A stretch of DNA of 40,926 bases from Gammaproteobacteria bacterium (GCA_051008975.1 JBPCXA010000217.1:1-40926); one strand, 5' to 3'; positions 1-10,022 are shown, counted from the stretch's first letter. The notes: generated from the sequence alone by a model not told the origin. Program-made: numbers and translations.

Positions 1-127
1 ACTTGCAGATGTTGTGGGCTCGCACCCCGAAACGACGTAGCCGTTAATTGCATCAGACCACCAAGCGCCTCGCTCCCTCGCCTCTGAGCCAAGGCTGTGC
101 GTATTAGCGCCTAATGCAACCGATGCG
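1..127. repeat. Terminal direct repeat, left copy (circular-contig overlap)
   Basis: 1-127 is identical to 40800-40926, and a reading frame continues uninterrupted across the join. Confidence 0.95.
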
Positions 128-180
128 CTAACGAATATGCTGAATACGGCTAAAATGCAGCTGAACATGAATTGTCCCAT
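1..180 (-). CDS. 5' part of the origin-spanning tail spike gene (continues into 40799..38952), with N-terminal signal peptide
   Basis: Manual translation from ATG 180 (or 168): MGQFMFSCILAVFSIFVSASVALGANTHSLGSEARERGAWWSDAING...; open and in frame with ORF 38952..40652. Confidence 0.8.
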   Translation of the reverse strand, partial: MGQFMFSCILAVFSIFVSASVALGANTHSLGSEARERGAWWSDAINGYVVSGCEPTTSAS

Positions 181-610
181 TCCCGTCAAAGTTTCCGCCA
201 TTCTGAGTCAAAAGCACTGTGTAGTTCGCGCTGACGATAGGTTCATCCGCACTCTGAAAGTCGGCGCTACTCGTTTCCGTATTCGCTGTGATGCCTATCC
301 CTTGCCCCCACCGAGCACTGAGTACAGCGTCTCCTACGTCGAAGGACGTGAGCCCATTACTGTTGCCGAGTGTTTCAGGAACGAAGACAGTCACGCCGTG
401 CACCTTGGTTCCACTGGGATTGCCGAACACAGCCTGCAACTGAACTTGACCTGCATCTGCCGTGACCACCTCGGTAAGTGGTATGGCAAGTTGTCCTGAA
501 ATTTGGTTCAATGTATGCAAAGAACCGTCTTGCAATCGTATCTCGCGTGTGCCAACGCCGATGTCCAAATCTTCACGAAGGACTTTGGCATATGTGATTG
601 TCTCTACCAT
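128..610 (-). CDS. Putative virion protein (beta-rich), possibly a tail spike attachment protein
   Basis: 160-aa ORF between the ejection proteins and the tail spike gene in the late operon. Confidence 0.6.
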   Translation of the reverse strand: MVETITYAKVLREDLDIGVGTREIRLQDGSLHTLNQISGQLAIPLTEVVTADAGQVQLQAVFGNPSGTKVHGVTVFVPETLGNSNGLTSFDVGDAVLSARWGQGIGITANTETSSADFQSADEPIVSANYTVLLTQNGGNFDGNGTIHVQLHFSRIQHIR

Positions 611-622
611 AGGAGCACCGCC

Positions 623-724
623 ATGGAATGGGTTGCTGTTATCTTCCTGTCCATCATATTTAGCAGATCATGGGCAGGCTCGCTCATATGTCTAGGATTC
701 TACCTCTGGCTACTCATTGGGTAG
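623..724 (+). CDS. Small hydrophobic membrane peptide (33 aa), antisense to the late operon
   Basis: AGGAG at 611-615, ATG 623, MEWVAVIFLSIIFSRSWAGSLICLGFYLWLLIG; fills the gap between two minus-strand genes. Confidence 0.4.
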   Translation: MEWVAVIFLSIIFSRSWAGSLICLGFYLWLLIG

Positions 725-2279
725 GTGCGCTGATTTGTGGCGCGCTAAATCGTTCCATGAGCTGACGGCCTTGCGGTAGCATTCCCCTAGCCGACGTACC
801 TGCAATCGCCAGCCCGAGCTCAGTTAAATTGATTTGCTGGCGATTTTGGATCATGTTCACCAATGCAAGCCTACCATTTCTGGACATCAGCCCAAGCGTT
901 AACAAATTTTTAGCCACCACTGCACCAGCGGCACCTGGTCCCCCACCAAGTACAAATCCAGTTGCGCCAGCGGAAGCTGTCGGACCAGAACCAAATTGCA
1001 CACCACGTGGCGGTGGCAATGGTTGAAGAGTGTCGGACCAAAAATTGATGACGCTTTGAATCTCATCAAGCTCTTGGCGCGTGAGGGAATCCTCAAACAA
1101 CTCAAACGTCTTGCTTGGCCTTCCTGCAAGCATGTTATCGAATTCCTTCTTTAGCCGGCCGATTGCAATCGGTCTCAGCCCGTCACCTCGTGGATTGCCA
1201 AAAATCTTTTGCTCTAAGAAGTCGCCAAAATCCCTTGCTGCAAACTCCCTGCGTGCAACCTTCACAGCAGTCACGAGTGCAGCAGCTCCTGGTTGTCTGG
1301 TTGCGGCCTCTTCAAGATCATCCATGATTCCACGATATAGTGATCTCAGTGCATTGCGCTCCTCGCCATCTATCGCCATACGTCCAATACGAGCACCAAT
1401 GCGGCGGCGCAACAAGTCAGTGTCTTCAAGCGTCAATGCCTTTCCACCTTGCTGCGTTTGCTCTGATGTCTTTTGCAGGATGCGCTTAATCTGCCCAAAT
1501 TGTAGGCCAAAACGAGTCGCCTTCTTCTCAGTGAGAAGGCCGCGTGCAATCATTTTACGCAAATTAGTTGCTGGAATCGGAACACGTCCTTGCTGCTGTA
1601 GCGCAAAGTCGAACAACGAATCAATCGTTTCATTTCCAAGGATTGCCTGAGTTCCAAACTCTAGAGCTTGAGGCACATTGCGGAGCTCCTCACTTGCAAT
1701 CTCGGTAAAGGCACCGCTGGCGCCAGGTAGGCGTCGCACAGCAGGCGATACATTCACACGAGGGCCTACAGGCAATGCTCGTCCTGCAACTTGAGAAGCC
1801 CCGCCTACGGCCCCAGAGAGGATGATTTGCTCCACATCAAAGGGCGTTATACCAAGCACCTGATTTGCAGCCTCGCCAAGAGCGCCACCAGCAGCAGAGC
1901 CAAGAGGAGATGGCACACCGAACAATGGGCTCACAATTCCACCTACTATGCCACCGCCTACGGGTAGCGCAGATCGCTTGCCAAGTTCACCAGCAGCACG
2001 CGTCATCTTACTCAGCGGACCTTCTTTGAGCATCACACTACCAGCACCCGCGAACTCTCCTTGCAACTTTGTAATGAATTTCTCTACGCGCACTTGTGCC
2101 GCAGGACCAAACGATTCCAACACATCACGGTTCAGTGTCGGTTTTCGTGTCGACCACACAACATCGCCAAGGCCGTCACGCATAACCTGATTACGTGCAG
2201 TCTTTTCATCCGGCGCATCGATCACAAAAACACCTTGCCTGGGCTCATTCGGCTCTGATGTGACAACAAATCTTGCCAT
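714..2279 (-). CDS. Internal virion / DNA ejection protein (positional equivalent of P22 gp16)
   Basis: 521 aa with Gly/Ala-rich hydrophobic segments (GGGIVGGIVSPLFGVPSPLGSAAGGALG) and helical regions; third of three genes after the nozzle and GNAT genes. Confidence 0.65.
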   Translation of the reverse strand: MARFVVTSEPNEPRQGVFVIDAPDEKTARNQVMRDGLGDVVWSTRKPTLNRDVLESFGPAAQVRVEKFITKLQGEFAGAGSVMLKEGPLSKMTRAAGELGKRSALPVGGGIVGGIVSPLFGVPSPLGSAAGGALGEAANQVLGITPFDVEQIILSGAVGGASQVAGRALPVGPRVNVSPAVRRLPGASGAFTEIASEELRNVPQALEFGTQAILGNETIDSLFDFALQQQGRVPIPATNLRKMIARGLLTEKKATRFGLQFGQIKRILQKTSEQTQQGGKALTLEDTDLLRRRIGARIGRMAIDGEERNALRSLYRGIMDDLEEAATRQPGAAALVTAVKVARREFAARDFGDFLEQKIFGNPRGDGLRPIAIGRLKKEFDNMLAGRPSKTFELFEDSLTRQELDEIQSVINFWSDTLQPLPPPRGVQFGSGPTASAGATGFVLGGGPGAAGAVVAKNLLTLGLMSRNGRLALVNMIQNRQQINLTELGLAIAGTSARGMLPQGRQLMERFSAPQISAPTQ

Positions 2280-3439
2280 TATTGATCTGCCCTAAAGGTT
2301 TCGCCAGAACCTGGTATCAACGATGGACGAAACGTGGATGGCTGTGAGGGTCTTTGTGGTTGAGTGCGCTCAGAGGATTGAGCACTTGGTTTGAATTTGA
2401 ATCCTTCTGGAACTATGATCACATCTTCTATTTTAAGGTCTTCTTGTTGCGCAATCGGTTGCCAAATTGGGACAACTTCATCCTGAACGATATCGATGTA
2501 TCTTTGCATGATTCGCTTAGCCGTATCTTGCAGTGCTTTACGTTCACGCCGAGTCAATCGCTCACCAGTTGCGATTCTACTCGCAAACCCTTGTATCCGG
2601 TCACGCATCGCACGCGCTGCTTCTATAGTCGCAAATTCTTCAGGGCGAACGACTGAGCCGGGGTCTAAAAGTCGAGCAAACCCATTGATCATCGCAAGGT
2701 CACCAAAATTACTGTCATCTTCGACACCGCCAGCAATAACGCTGAACGCCTGCTGCGCACCTTGTAGCAGCTTGACCTGGTTCTCCCCACGGATTGACAC
2801 ACGCAATTTCTCACGTCGCTCACCAGGGCGTCGTTCATCGGCAATGAAATCTCGCTGACGTTGTCTTAGGCTGGCAATTTCAGCAGACACGTTATCTAAG
2901 ACGCGATTGCCAGCCTGAGAAGCAGACAGTGGCAATAGTCTCGTACGCATATTGTCGAGCTGCTCAAGCCGTTGCGCAACAACGTCAAACTCCCCGTCAC
3001 CAGTCTGAGGAGTGACTTGGGGTGCCAATTGAGGGGATGCAGGCTGTGGCGCCTTGAGTGAACTGGGTGGTTGCCCTGGCAATGCCACAGGAGGTTGCGC
3101 TAGCCCGGATGTCCCGGGCTGAGGGCCAGCTTGTTGCTGCAAGGAGGGAACGTCAGATGTCGCAGGCGCCGGCGCACCCGTAATCGCCTGTCCTAATTGC
3201 TGCTGATTTCTGAACGATATTAGCGCCTCTTGCAACTTAAGCTGTAGCTCTTGACTTTTGAGTTGGCGATCGGCTTCGATGCCTTTGATGCGAGAACCTT
3301 CGAGCTTCAGCCTTTCTTTTTGTTGCTCAAGCTGCGCATTCTGTGCATCGCGTTGAAGTTTGAGCTGAAAGAACGGGCCGAATGATCGAGCGAACGCAGA
3401 AACACCTGCCGATGGAAATGCACCACCTTGGAGTGGCAT
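2279..3439 (-). CDS. Internal virion / DNA ejection protein (positional equivalent of P22 gp20)
   Basis: 386 aa, Gln/Pro-rich coiled-coil; C-terminal GDLAMINGFARLLDPGSVVR segment of a kind seen in podovirus ejection proteins. Confidence 0.65.
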   Translation of the reverse strand: MPLQGGAFPSAGVSAFARSFGPFFQLKLQRDAQNAQLEQQKERLKLEGSRIKGIEADRQLKSQELQLKLQEALISFRNQQQLGQAITGAPAPATSDVPSLQQQAGPQPGTSGLAQPPVALPGQPPSSLKAPQPASPQLAPQVTPQTGDGEFDVVAQRLEQLDNMRTRLLPLSASQAGNRVLDNVSAEIASLRQRQRDFIADERRPGERREKLRVSIRGENQVKLLQGAQQAFSVIAGGVEDDSNFGDLAMINGFARLLDPGSVVRPEEFATIEAARAMRDRIQGFASRIATGERLTRRERKALQDTAKRIMQRYIDIVQDEVVPIWQPIAQQEDLKIEDVIIVPEGFKFKPSAQSSERTQPQRPSQPSTFRPSLIPGSGETFRADQ

Positions 3440-3453
3440 GCCACGCTCCCTTC

Positions 3454-4101
3454 CTATGCCAACAATATAAATTTGGCAGCAAGAGCAGCAATCTCTCCAA
3501 GTGCTTGCTGCTGCGCTGCCTGCTGTCCGCCAATCTGGTTCGACACGTTCGCAAATCCAGCAGACGCAGCACTTGCAGCAGGCACAGCCTGACTTGGAGC
3601 TCCAGTGCCCACAGACACCGCTTGGTTGAACAACCTTTCTCTGGTGGGAAGTTCAAGCAAGCCGACTCTACCCTGCTCGCCCGCCTCATTAATGCGTTGC
3701 GAGATGAGCGCATCCGTAAGCTGACCGCCCCGGGCTCCCGATCTGCCAATAATATCCTCTCGAACCCTCGAACCTTGAGAAGCAATATCACTACGCACAG
3801 ACCCGAACGGCACCTGTAATGATTCAGGAAGCTCACCTGTTTCCAGGAAGCCCTCAAGTCCTTGGATTGAGGCATCACGGATGCCCTGCGTATCCTGAAA
3901 TAGAGTTTGTGCAATCAGAGCTTGGAGCTCGGCGAGCTCTCTTTGAGATCCCTGCAAAGCCAGCTGGCTTTCGCGTGACGCGCCCTTGCCTTTGACGTCA
4001 AAGCCACCGCCAGTGATACCTCCTAAGGGATCAATACCACCAGCTGGATCAGTGAAGATATTCTCAAACCCGCTGCCTAGGCTGTCAATGGCTCCTGGCA
4101 T
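3454..4101 (-). CDS. Internal virion / DNA ejection protein (positional equivalent of P22 gp7)
   Basis: 215 aa, Gly/Ala/Gln-rich, directly after the GNAT gene. Confidence 0.6.
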   Translation of the reverse strand: MPGAIDSLGSGFENIFTDPAGGIDPLGGITGGGFDVKGKGASRESQLALQGSQRELAELQALIAQTLFQDTQGIRDASIQGLEGFLETGELPESLQVPFGSVRSDIASQGSRVREDIIGRSGARGGQLTDALISQRINEAGEQGRVGLLELPTRERLFNQAVSVGTGAPSQAVPAASAASAGFANVSNQIGGQQAAQQQALGEIAALAAKFILLA

Positions 4102-4640
4102 AGCATGCTCCTATCCTGCATCGCAACATAGATGTCTCTGGGATTACCATTAATCAAGGTCATCTTGGGGACTGTGCACACGTGTTGCCATCCACAAGAG
4201 ACGATGTGGTGCAAAGCGTGTTTATGCGGAGAAAATCCCACTAAGCGGATGTATTTGAACACATCGCACGCATAGTCGCACGCCAATTTTGTCGCCTCAA
4301 TGGATGCCTTCCCGCGATACTCCTTGCGGTAAAACAAGCCAATCGCACCAAGGTATCCAGGCACGATCTCATCAAACCATACCATGCCCATCACGCGACC
4401 ACTTGCTCGGCACTGCATAACCAGCAAATTCCGTTTTACAGAATCAAGCCCAAAGTACCGCACAAACTCTACTAAATCACCTCGCCACGACTCATCAACA
4501 ACATGCTGCGAATAAAATATCTGCCCAGATGACCCTTCTTCTTCTACCATTGCCCACAACTGATAGAGAGAAGCCCTTCCGTATACACCGCGAATATATG
4601 GCAAAATTCGCACTGTATCATTTTCAATTTGAATCGTCAT
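4077..4640 (-). CDS. GNAT-fold acetyltransferase-like protein
   Basis: VMGMVWF...IGLFYRKEYRGK...CGWQHV pattern; position just before the ejection proteins is typical of podoviruses. Confidence 0.65.
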   Translation of the reverse strand: MTIQIENDTVRILPYIRGVYGRASLYQLWAMVEEEGSSGQIFYSQHVVDESWRGDLVEFVRYFGLDSVKRNLLVMQCRASGRVMGMVWFDEIVPGYLGAIGLFYRKEYRGKASIEATKLACDYACDVFKYIRLVGFSPHKHALHHIVSCGWQHVCTVPKMTLINGNPRDIYVAMQDRSMLCQEPLTA

Positions 4641-5227
4641 AGTGAAGTTACCTGTATTACAACCTTGAATTCCACAACGACAGAAGTCAAAATGAGAGAC
4701 TCGTCAACCGAACTACCTTGTGCATGAAGTTGCAACACGGTGTCCGTTGGTAAACTGATCGCGGTGAAATCACCCGTACGCGTGTCCTCGGCATTTCCAT
4801 CCCACAACACTTGCGCAAGAATGGATGTGCCGTCATGAATGGCAACACCTTTACCAGCTCCTGCCTCAGTACCCCATCCGCGCACTATTACTCGCGCCTC
4901 CGGACGGACTAAGCCTTGAAAATCAAACGGCTGACGGTACGAATCGTCAATTTCAGAATAGATTACACCTGGCGTAAAAGCCACGTCGCCAGGCTGTCTG
5001 ATCATGTATAGAAAAATGCGAGACTCTTGCTCCAGCAAGGATTGCAAATCCACGGCGTCCGACTGATCTGCTGGACTGTTAATCCCCAGTCTATCAAAGA
5101 TAAATGCACGACCGCGTAGCCCGCTAAGCTCGTCTATTCGCTCCTGAAGATCACGCAAGGCATAGTTAAGACTCGCGGTATCAATTGACGTGATTTGAAC
5201 CGGACCTTGCGTCCTTCGGACAACCAT
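4637..5227 (-). CDS. Putative tail protein
   Basis: 196 aa with an N-terminal coiled coil (LNYALRDLQERIDEL) and a beta-rich C-terminus; translationally coupled to the nozzle gene. Confidence 0.55.
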   Translation of the reverse strand: MVVRRTQGPVQITSIDTASLNYALRDLQERIDELSGLRGRAFIFDRLGINSPADQSDAVDLQSLLEQESRIFLYMIRQPGDVAFTPGVIYSEIDDSYRQPFDFQGLVRPEARVIVRGWGTEAGAGKGVAIHDGTSILAQVLWDGNAEDTRTGDFTAISLPTDTVLQLHAQGSSVDESLILTSVVVEFKVVIQVTSL

Positions 5228-6981
5228 TACGCAAACCTCAGCGGCATGTATTGCATATGAAGAGCATACACCTCAATGCGCTCACTTCCTGTATACGAGA
5301 CCGTCATGCGCCATTCTGATCCAAGGAGTCTAGACGGAAGTCGTAGGAGGCGACGCGTTCTTGAGCCACTAATACTGTATGTCCGTATCAAGGCGGCGTC
5401 CACATACACTGAAATATCAACCACACTGCCCTTCGCGTCTATGTCAGCCCGAACGTACTGAAATAGTTTGGTAACAAAACGGTCTCGGCCAACCCTCGTC
5501 GCCGGCTCGAAGGTCATCGCGATGCTTGTGCCTGCATCCGATGCCGTGGCTGCATCCTCAATGATATCTACAGTGCCTGACGGACCACCAGCCACGAGAT
5601 CATCAACATCTTCTTCAGTCAGCATGGCGTGATACGCCCGCCCGTAATCGTAGAAATACCATTTTCTCGTGTCTGTGGAAAACACAGCCATACCGCTTCC
5701 ACCACCTACCTCAGGATACGAGAAATAGAATCGGTCTTTGTACTCAGCCATCGCCATTTCATTGGCACGAGACCAATCAATCGGCGCATAATCGTTTACT
5801 GTGATTTCGTAAAACAGTGACTCGATTTCTTGCGCAAGTGGCGTGTCACGCTCAAGAAAGTTAGTCAGAAATATGCCATCTCGGGCCGGAAAGAGAACAC
5901 CATTTGAGGTGACGATTGCTGCCTGAACGGCCGGCGTGCCGCGCTTGCTAAGTGACTCGAGAGGTACAAAGCCGGATGTGTCATTTCCGACCACGCGATA
6001 CTTTGTCTCGCGTGTAAACACACCCAGCAATCCAGATAGCGATAGTGCGCCGAGCAAAGGATCGCTGGGATGTCCTATCTCGACAAAATTGCTTGAAGGA
6101 ACCTCTTCCCTGAAGCGCTTCGACCACCATAGATAGTGCGGATTTAGAGCATCTCGGCACATAAAAAGGTGACCTTGAAACTCACGGACCCACGACATAT
6201 TGTTGGGTACTTCATTGTCGTTCTCAGCAGCAATCCCGAGCGTTCCATCTGCGGCAGCATCGTTGAACACATCCACGGTATTGCTTCTCTGTTGTAGAAA
6301 GAGATGGGTGCCGCCGTTCCCCGCCGTTCGGTACACGTTGATATTTGTCACCTGAGGATCAGTACTCGCCTCCAGAATGGAGGCAAATACAAAGAATGAC
6401 GGTGTCAACGCCAGCGTATTTGACACTGGTGACGGGTCAGACTCTGTGGCAACGGCTCCATTTTTCACCCTGACAAACGTATAGACGTACGAATAATCAC
6501 CCAGCATCGGTTGACCTGCACTTGGAACCAGTGATACGGTCATGGCCGTCGTGGGTGGGGCAATGCCCCAATTTCTCACTGTGGCACCGTCGTAAGCACG
6601 CATCAGATTGTCGTCAGCTATGTAGGTCCATTCAGTATCATCACCCAGGGTGCGAAAGGGTTGTAATGTCGTGAATAAGTTACCACTCAGACCTGAAAGG
6701 AAACTTGTCTGATTTTCGTATATCGACGTGCCTGCAATTTGAAACCGGTTCCCGTTGTGCTTGGCTAGACGACGTATAGTAGCACCAAGGGACGTACTAA
6801 ATTGAGCTGAGCGACCCAACCTGAGAATGGCTGTGCCTGGCTTTTGGTGGAAGTCAACATTGATGGCACGCGCGACATCGCTGTCTTCCAAGCTGAGGCG
6901 ATCGCGGCGAAGATTCACGCCGAGAAAGCCTCCAAGAGCCTCTCTCTGGCTCTGCTTTTGTTGCGTCGGGATTGGCATCAA
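5227..6981 (-). CDS. Tail nozzle / DNA stabilisation protein (P22 gp10 / T7 gp12-like)
   Basis: 584 aa; N-terminal GGFLGVNLR...A.NVDF, beta-propeller-like repeats (LWWSK, YKDRFYFSYP); follows the adaptor genes. Confidence 0.75.
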   Translation of the reverse strand: MMPIPTQQKQSQREALGGFLGVNLRRDRLSLEDSDVARAINVDFHQKPGTAILRLGRSAQFSTSLGATIRRLAKHNGNRFQIAGTSIYENQTSFLSGLSGNLFTTLQPFRTLGDDTEWTYIADDNLMRAYDGATVRNWGIAPPTTAMTVSLVPSAGQPMLGDYSYVYTFVRVKNGAVATESDPSPVSNTLALTPSFFVFASILEASTDPQVTNINVYRTAGNGGTHLFLQQRSNTVDVFNDAAADGTLGIAAENDNEVPNNMSWVREFQGHLFMCRDALNPHYLWWSKRFREEVPSSNFVEIGHPSDPLLGALSLSGLLGVFTRETKYRVVGNDTSGFVPLESLSKRGTPAVQAAIVTSNGVLFPARDGIFLTNFLERDTPLAQEIESLFYEITVNDYAPIDWSRANEMAMAEYKDRFYFSYPEVGGGSGMAVFSTDTRKWYFYDYGRAYHAMLTEEDVDDLVAGGPSGTVDIIEDAATASDAGTSIAMTFEPATRVGRDRFVTKLFQYVRADIDAKGSVVDISVYVDAALIRTYSISGSRTRRLLRLPSRLLGSEWRMTVSYTGSERIEVYALHMQYMPLRFA

Positions 6982-7232
6982 GAGCCCTCGTCATGATAAA
7001 TTTCTTGCACGAAGCAGACAGAAGCAGAATCAAATTTGGTTTCAACCCACTCTACTATCTCTTTCACATCACCTTCTAATTCTGAGATGCGCCCACGCCT
7101 GTCTAAAAGCTTATATAGTTTGCCTCCAGTCCTAAAGTTGTGTATATCTTCGGGATCATATTCAAGCAACTCTTTTTTTGAGAGCTGTATACGTATCGTA
7201 AGGTACGGCTTTTGGTCATAGAATGTGCTCAT
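6978..7232 (-). CDS. Hypothetical protein
   Basis: 84-aa ORF with 4-nt overlaps at both ends. Confidence 0.6.
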   Translation of the reverse strand: MSTFYDQKPYLTIRIQLSKKELLEYDPEDIHNFRTGGKLYKLLDRRGRISELEGDVKEIVEWVETKFDSASVCFVQEIYHDEGS

Positions 7233-8473
7233 TGTCTTATCACCACAGGGTAATTGCTCGGCAACCGCACACGGGGTGGCCGACGCTTGCGTGCTGTCAC
7301 TGGTGCACGCACATCAAGCCGGTCCTTCCGTGCAAGTTGATGTAGGCGCCTAAGGAACGCGATTCCACGCTGATACCGCTGCTCAAAGAACAGTGCCATC
7401 AGCCCATCGTAACCCTCCCCCTGGCGGTTGAATGCACGAAACAATGTATAGTACCGCAAATACTTAGCCATCTGTGGAGGGAGTAAGACGGCCTCATCCT
7501 GCTCCGTCAATGTCGTGGCGTCGGGTATGCGGGCTTCAAGCACGAGCAAACTATCGGACGAACTAGCTAGCCACGTGGCACGCCCCAGTGGTTCATCAAG
7601 AGGTTCTAACGTGCGCGGGTAATACTGTCGATCAGGCGAGCTGATACGGCGCGGAATGCCGTAAGGTATCGTATCGCCGCTGTCTGATGCCCAGCCATAG
7701 ACGCGGTCGCCAGAAAATCGCCGCGCGGAGCCATGCAACGGGTTCCCGTCATTGGTGACCGCGTCTATGTGTCGGTAATTCGCCACGTAAGCCGTGTTGA
7801 TCGCATAGACCTCAAATGTTCGGTTCGGACCTATCCCGAGTTGCCAGGTGACAGGCAAGCCTTGAAGGCTCATCCATGTCGTGAAGGTATCGTCAAGCGA
7901 GCGCGTGCTAATCGGAAGGAGCAATCTGTGATTGTGCCATATCTTCACCACGCGCTCCGTATCACGTGGTACGGCGAACTGGAAGTGTTGGTGGATTGAC
8001 CTATTGAATGCACGCTCCCATGGGTGAGTCACCACGCCACCAGAGCTTAGTGTGCTCACCTGGCTACTGACGCCGGCAACAACACTATCTTCGGTCACAA
8101 AATCGCCTGTATCAAAGTCTTCTGAGAACTGCCCTATCGTCACCTCTACGGATGCGACGTCCTCTAGAACTTCAATCTCCCAAAGCGACGACACCGCCCA
8201 CCCACCGGCCGTAAGAGTACTCCACTGCCAAGCAGGCGCGTCACGTACATAGTCGCGCTCCCATGGCTGAGACACGGAACACGGAAAGCGTGGAGGCACA
8301 TCCAATACCGTGAAGCGGCGCGTCGGGGATACCTCGGCCACCATGTGGCGGTAACCGTCTTCGAAGTAAGCGAGCAGCTCAGCACGAGACCAGAACATGC
8401 CATCAGTTCCAATGGTGCGAGCATCCTGCAAGATGAGCTGGCAGCGGTCAAGATGTGTACGGATAGTGGGCAT
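7229..8473 (-). CDS. Head-tail adaptor-like protein
   Basis: Likely start MPTIRTHL at 8473; FWSRAELLAYFEDG resembles the adaptor motif of the neighbouring gene; C-terminal YLRYYTLFRAF helix. Confidence 0.6.
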   Translation of the reverse strand: MPTIRTHLDRCQLILQDARTIGTDGMFWSRAELLAYFEDGYRHMVAEVSPTRRFTVLDVPPRFPCSVSQPWERDYVRDAPAWQWSTLTAGGWAVSSLWEIEVLEDVASVEVTIGQFSEDFDTGDFVTEDSVVAGVSSQVSTLSSGGVVTHPWERAFNRSIHQHFQFAVPRDTERVVKIWHNHRLLLPISTRSLDDTFTTWMSLQGLPVTWQLGIGPNRTFEVYAINTAYVANYRHIDAVTNDGNPLHGSARRFSGDRVYGWASDSGDTIPYGIPRRISSPDRQYYPRTLEPLDEPLGRATWLASSSDSLLVLEARIPDATTLTEQDEAVLLPPQMAKYLRYYTLFRAFNRQGEGYDGLMALFFEQRYQRGIAFLRRLHQLARKDRLDVRAPVTARKRRPPRVRLPSNYPVVIRQ

Positions 8474-8627
8474 CTTCCAACTCTTTGTCGTTTCCGAACT
8501 CACGTCGCTCTAGTGTTATCTTGTCGGTAAGCGATGCAGCATACACCATGTAGTCGATGAGGCTCTGTGACGTATGCCAAAACCCAATGTAACCATCATC
8601 GCAAACCAACCGATATGCCTCAATCAC
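8448..8627 (-). CDS. Hypothetical protein (59 aa, below the ORF-track cutoff)
   Basis: GTG start, MIEAYRLVCDDGYIGFWHTSQ...; fills the gap in the operon. Confidence 0.5.
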   Translation of the reverse strand: MIEAYRLVCDDGYIGFWHTSQSLIDYMVYAASLTDKITLERREFGNDKELEDAHYPYTS

Positions 8628-9273
8628 TTTGTTCTTGCCTCGCTCTTTCGCGAACGTGGAACGCCGACTGCATCTGTTTCACGCTAGCCCGCGTCCCCGC
8701 CTTTCCCCACCTTGCCGACCAGCCCCGAGCTAGGTCTACTGCCCGGGCCACGTCATGCTGCTTTAGGTAGCCCTCCATCTCACCGAAGAACACAAGTGAC
8801 TCATGGTCGGCTGGCTGAAACTCAGGACGGTCGGCATCTCTTAGTAGAGGGGTTGGCCACACATAGCAATCCACTTCCATCCACCCACCTGGCGATGCTG
8901 GGGTTGGCCACACACCGAATTGTTGCCAGTCAATCGGCCACCACACCCATGGGGATCCCGTGGTTTGCAACCATGTCTCTTGCCGAGCGTCTAGATCGGT
9001 GATACTCCACGACTGAAGCCGACGCTTGTGATCGGGTAGCCAAATACGATACGGCACCATAATGTCTTGCCCGATGCCGGCTAGGTGGTACACCTGCACT
9101 CCCGCACGCCGCATCACGACAAACGTTCGCTTCAGCGCTTCCGACTCCTCCGCAAGCATTTCCATACCATCTTGAATGACATCGTCAATCTCGCCCCGAG
9201 ACCAGTAGACTGGATTGTCAGCATCATCATTCAGTGCTCGCAGAATTCGCTGCCGTATCTCTTTCTTGGTCAC
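8620..9273 (-). CDS. Head-tail adaptor protein
   Basis: MTKKEIRQRILRALNDD...YWSRGEIDDVIQDG...GVWPTP, a typical podovirus adaptor pattern, downstream of the capsid genes. Confidence 0.7.
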   Translation of the reverse strand: MTKKEIRQRILRALNDDADNPVYWSRGEIDDVIQDGMEMLAEESEALKRTFVVMRRAGVQVYHLAGIGQDIMVPYRIWLPDHKRRLQSWSITDLDARQETWLQTTGSPWVWWPIDWQQFGVWPTPASPGGWMEVDCYVWPTPLLRDADRPEFQPADHESLVFFGEMEGYLKQHDVARAVDLARGWSARWGKAGTRASVKQMQSAFHVRERARQEQSD

Positions 9274-10022
9274 CGCTTAGCTTCCTTCTCAGGCATGCCG
9301 ATAATGTAGCCTGAGCCTCCGAATTCCGGGTCTTCTGCCATTCGGTCGTAGTAATCCTCAACGCTGAACACATTGTAGTCGATCTGTCCACACATCACAC
9401 CTGGGTGAATCCAAACCTCTGCGCCGGCATCACAGGCGTGCTTATAGAAATACATGTCGCTACCGTGCTTGCCCTCGGATATCTCGCACCACGGCGGTGT
9501 CATCGCCTCAAGCACTTCTCGCTTGATTAGGACACAACCGAAGCCTGGCACTCCGGATGACTTAGAATCACCCAACTTGAACGGCTCATCTTGCGGAAAG
9601 ATAGTGACCGGCGTGTGACTGTAGAGCTGCCACTCAGCCTCTTTTTCCCTGCGCCGCTTACGCATCTTAACGACTTGCTTATAGAGACAGGGTTGTCCCC
9701 AGCCATCGCGTAAGAAGTACACACCGCTCGCAATGGGCTTGTCAATCTCCAAAAGCTTCAGAATCGCATCATCAGGCAAGATCATATCTGATTCAGTCCA
9801 GAAGAGATGCGTGGCGTTTTGCTGCGCCAGGAAGCCGGCGATCTGCTGATTCTCGCTGCTCGAGGTGTAGCAGCGATCGCTAATTCCGGTACCGCTGATG
9901 CAGCCCCTGCCCTGCTCAACAAGATCACGCGTGGTACGGCTAATGCATCTTAGCCATGACTCAACAGCCGGTGCCCAAATAGGACCATAGTTAGTGCACG
10001 CGAACACAATTTTGGCTGTCAT
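9270..10022 (-). CDS. Glycosyltransferase (GT-A fold, GT2-like)
   Basis: THLFWTESD (DxD-equivalent), IASGVYF, GFGCVLIKREVL, GSDMYF, WIHPGVMCG. Confidence 0.8.
   Translation of the reverse strand: MTAKIVFACTNYGPIWAPAVESWLRCISRTTRDLVEQGRGCISGTGISDRCYTSSSENQQIAGFLAQQNATHLFWTESDMILPDDAILKLLEIDKPIASGVYFLRDGWGQPCLYKQVVKMRKRRREKEAEWQLYSHTPVTIFPQDEPFKLGDSKSSGVPGFGCVLIKREVLEAMTPPWCEISEGKHGSDMYFYKHACDAGAEVWIHPGVMCGQIDYNVFSVEDYYDRMAEDPEFGGSGYIIGMPEKEAKR

Noticed and set aside
1-127. 127-bp terminal repeat as a biological direct terminal repeat
   Set aside because: It falls in the middle of an open gene, and 127 matches a common assembler k-mer length; most likely a circular-assembly overlap
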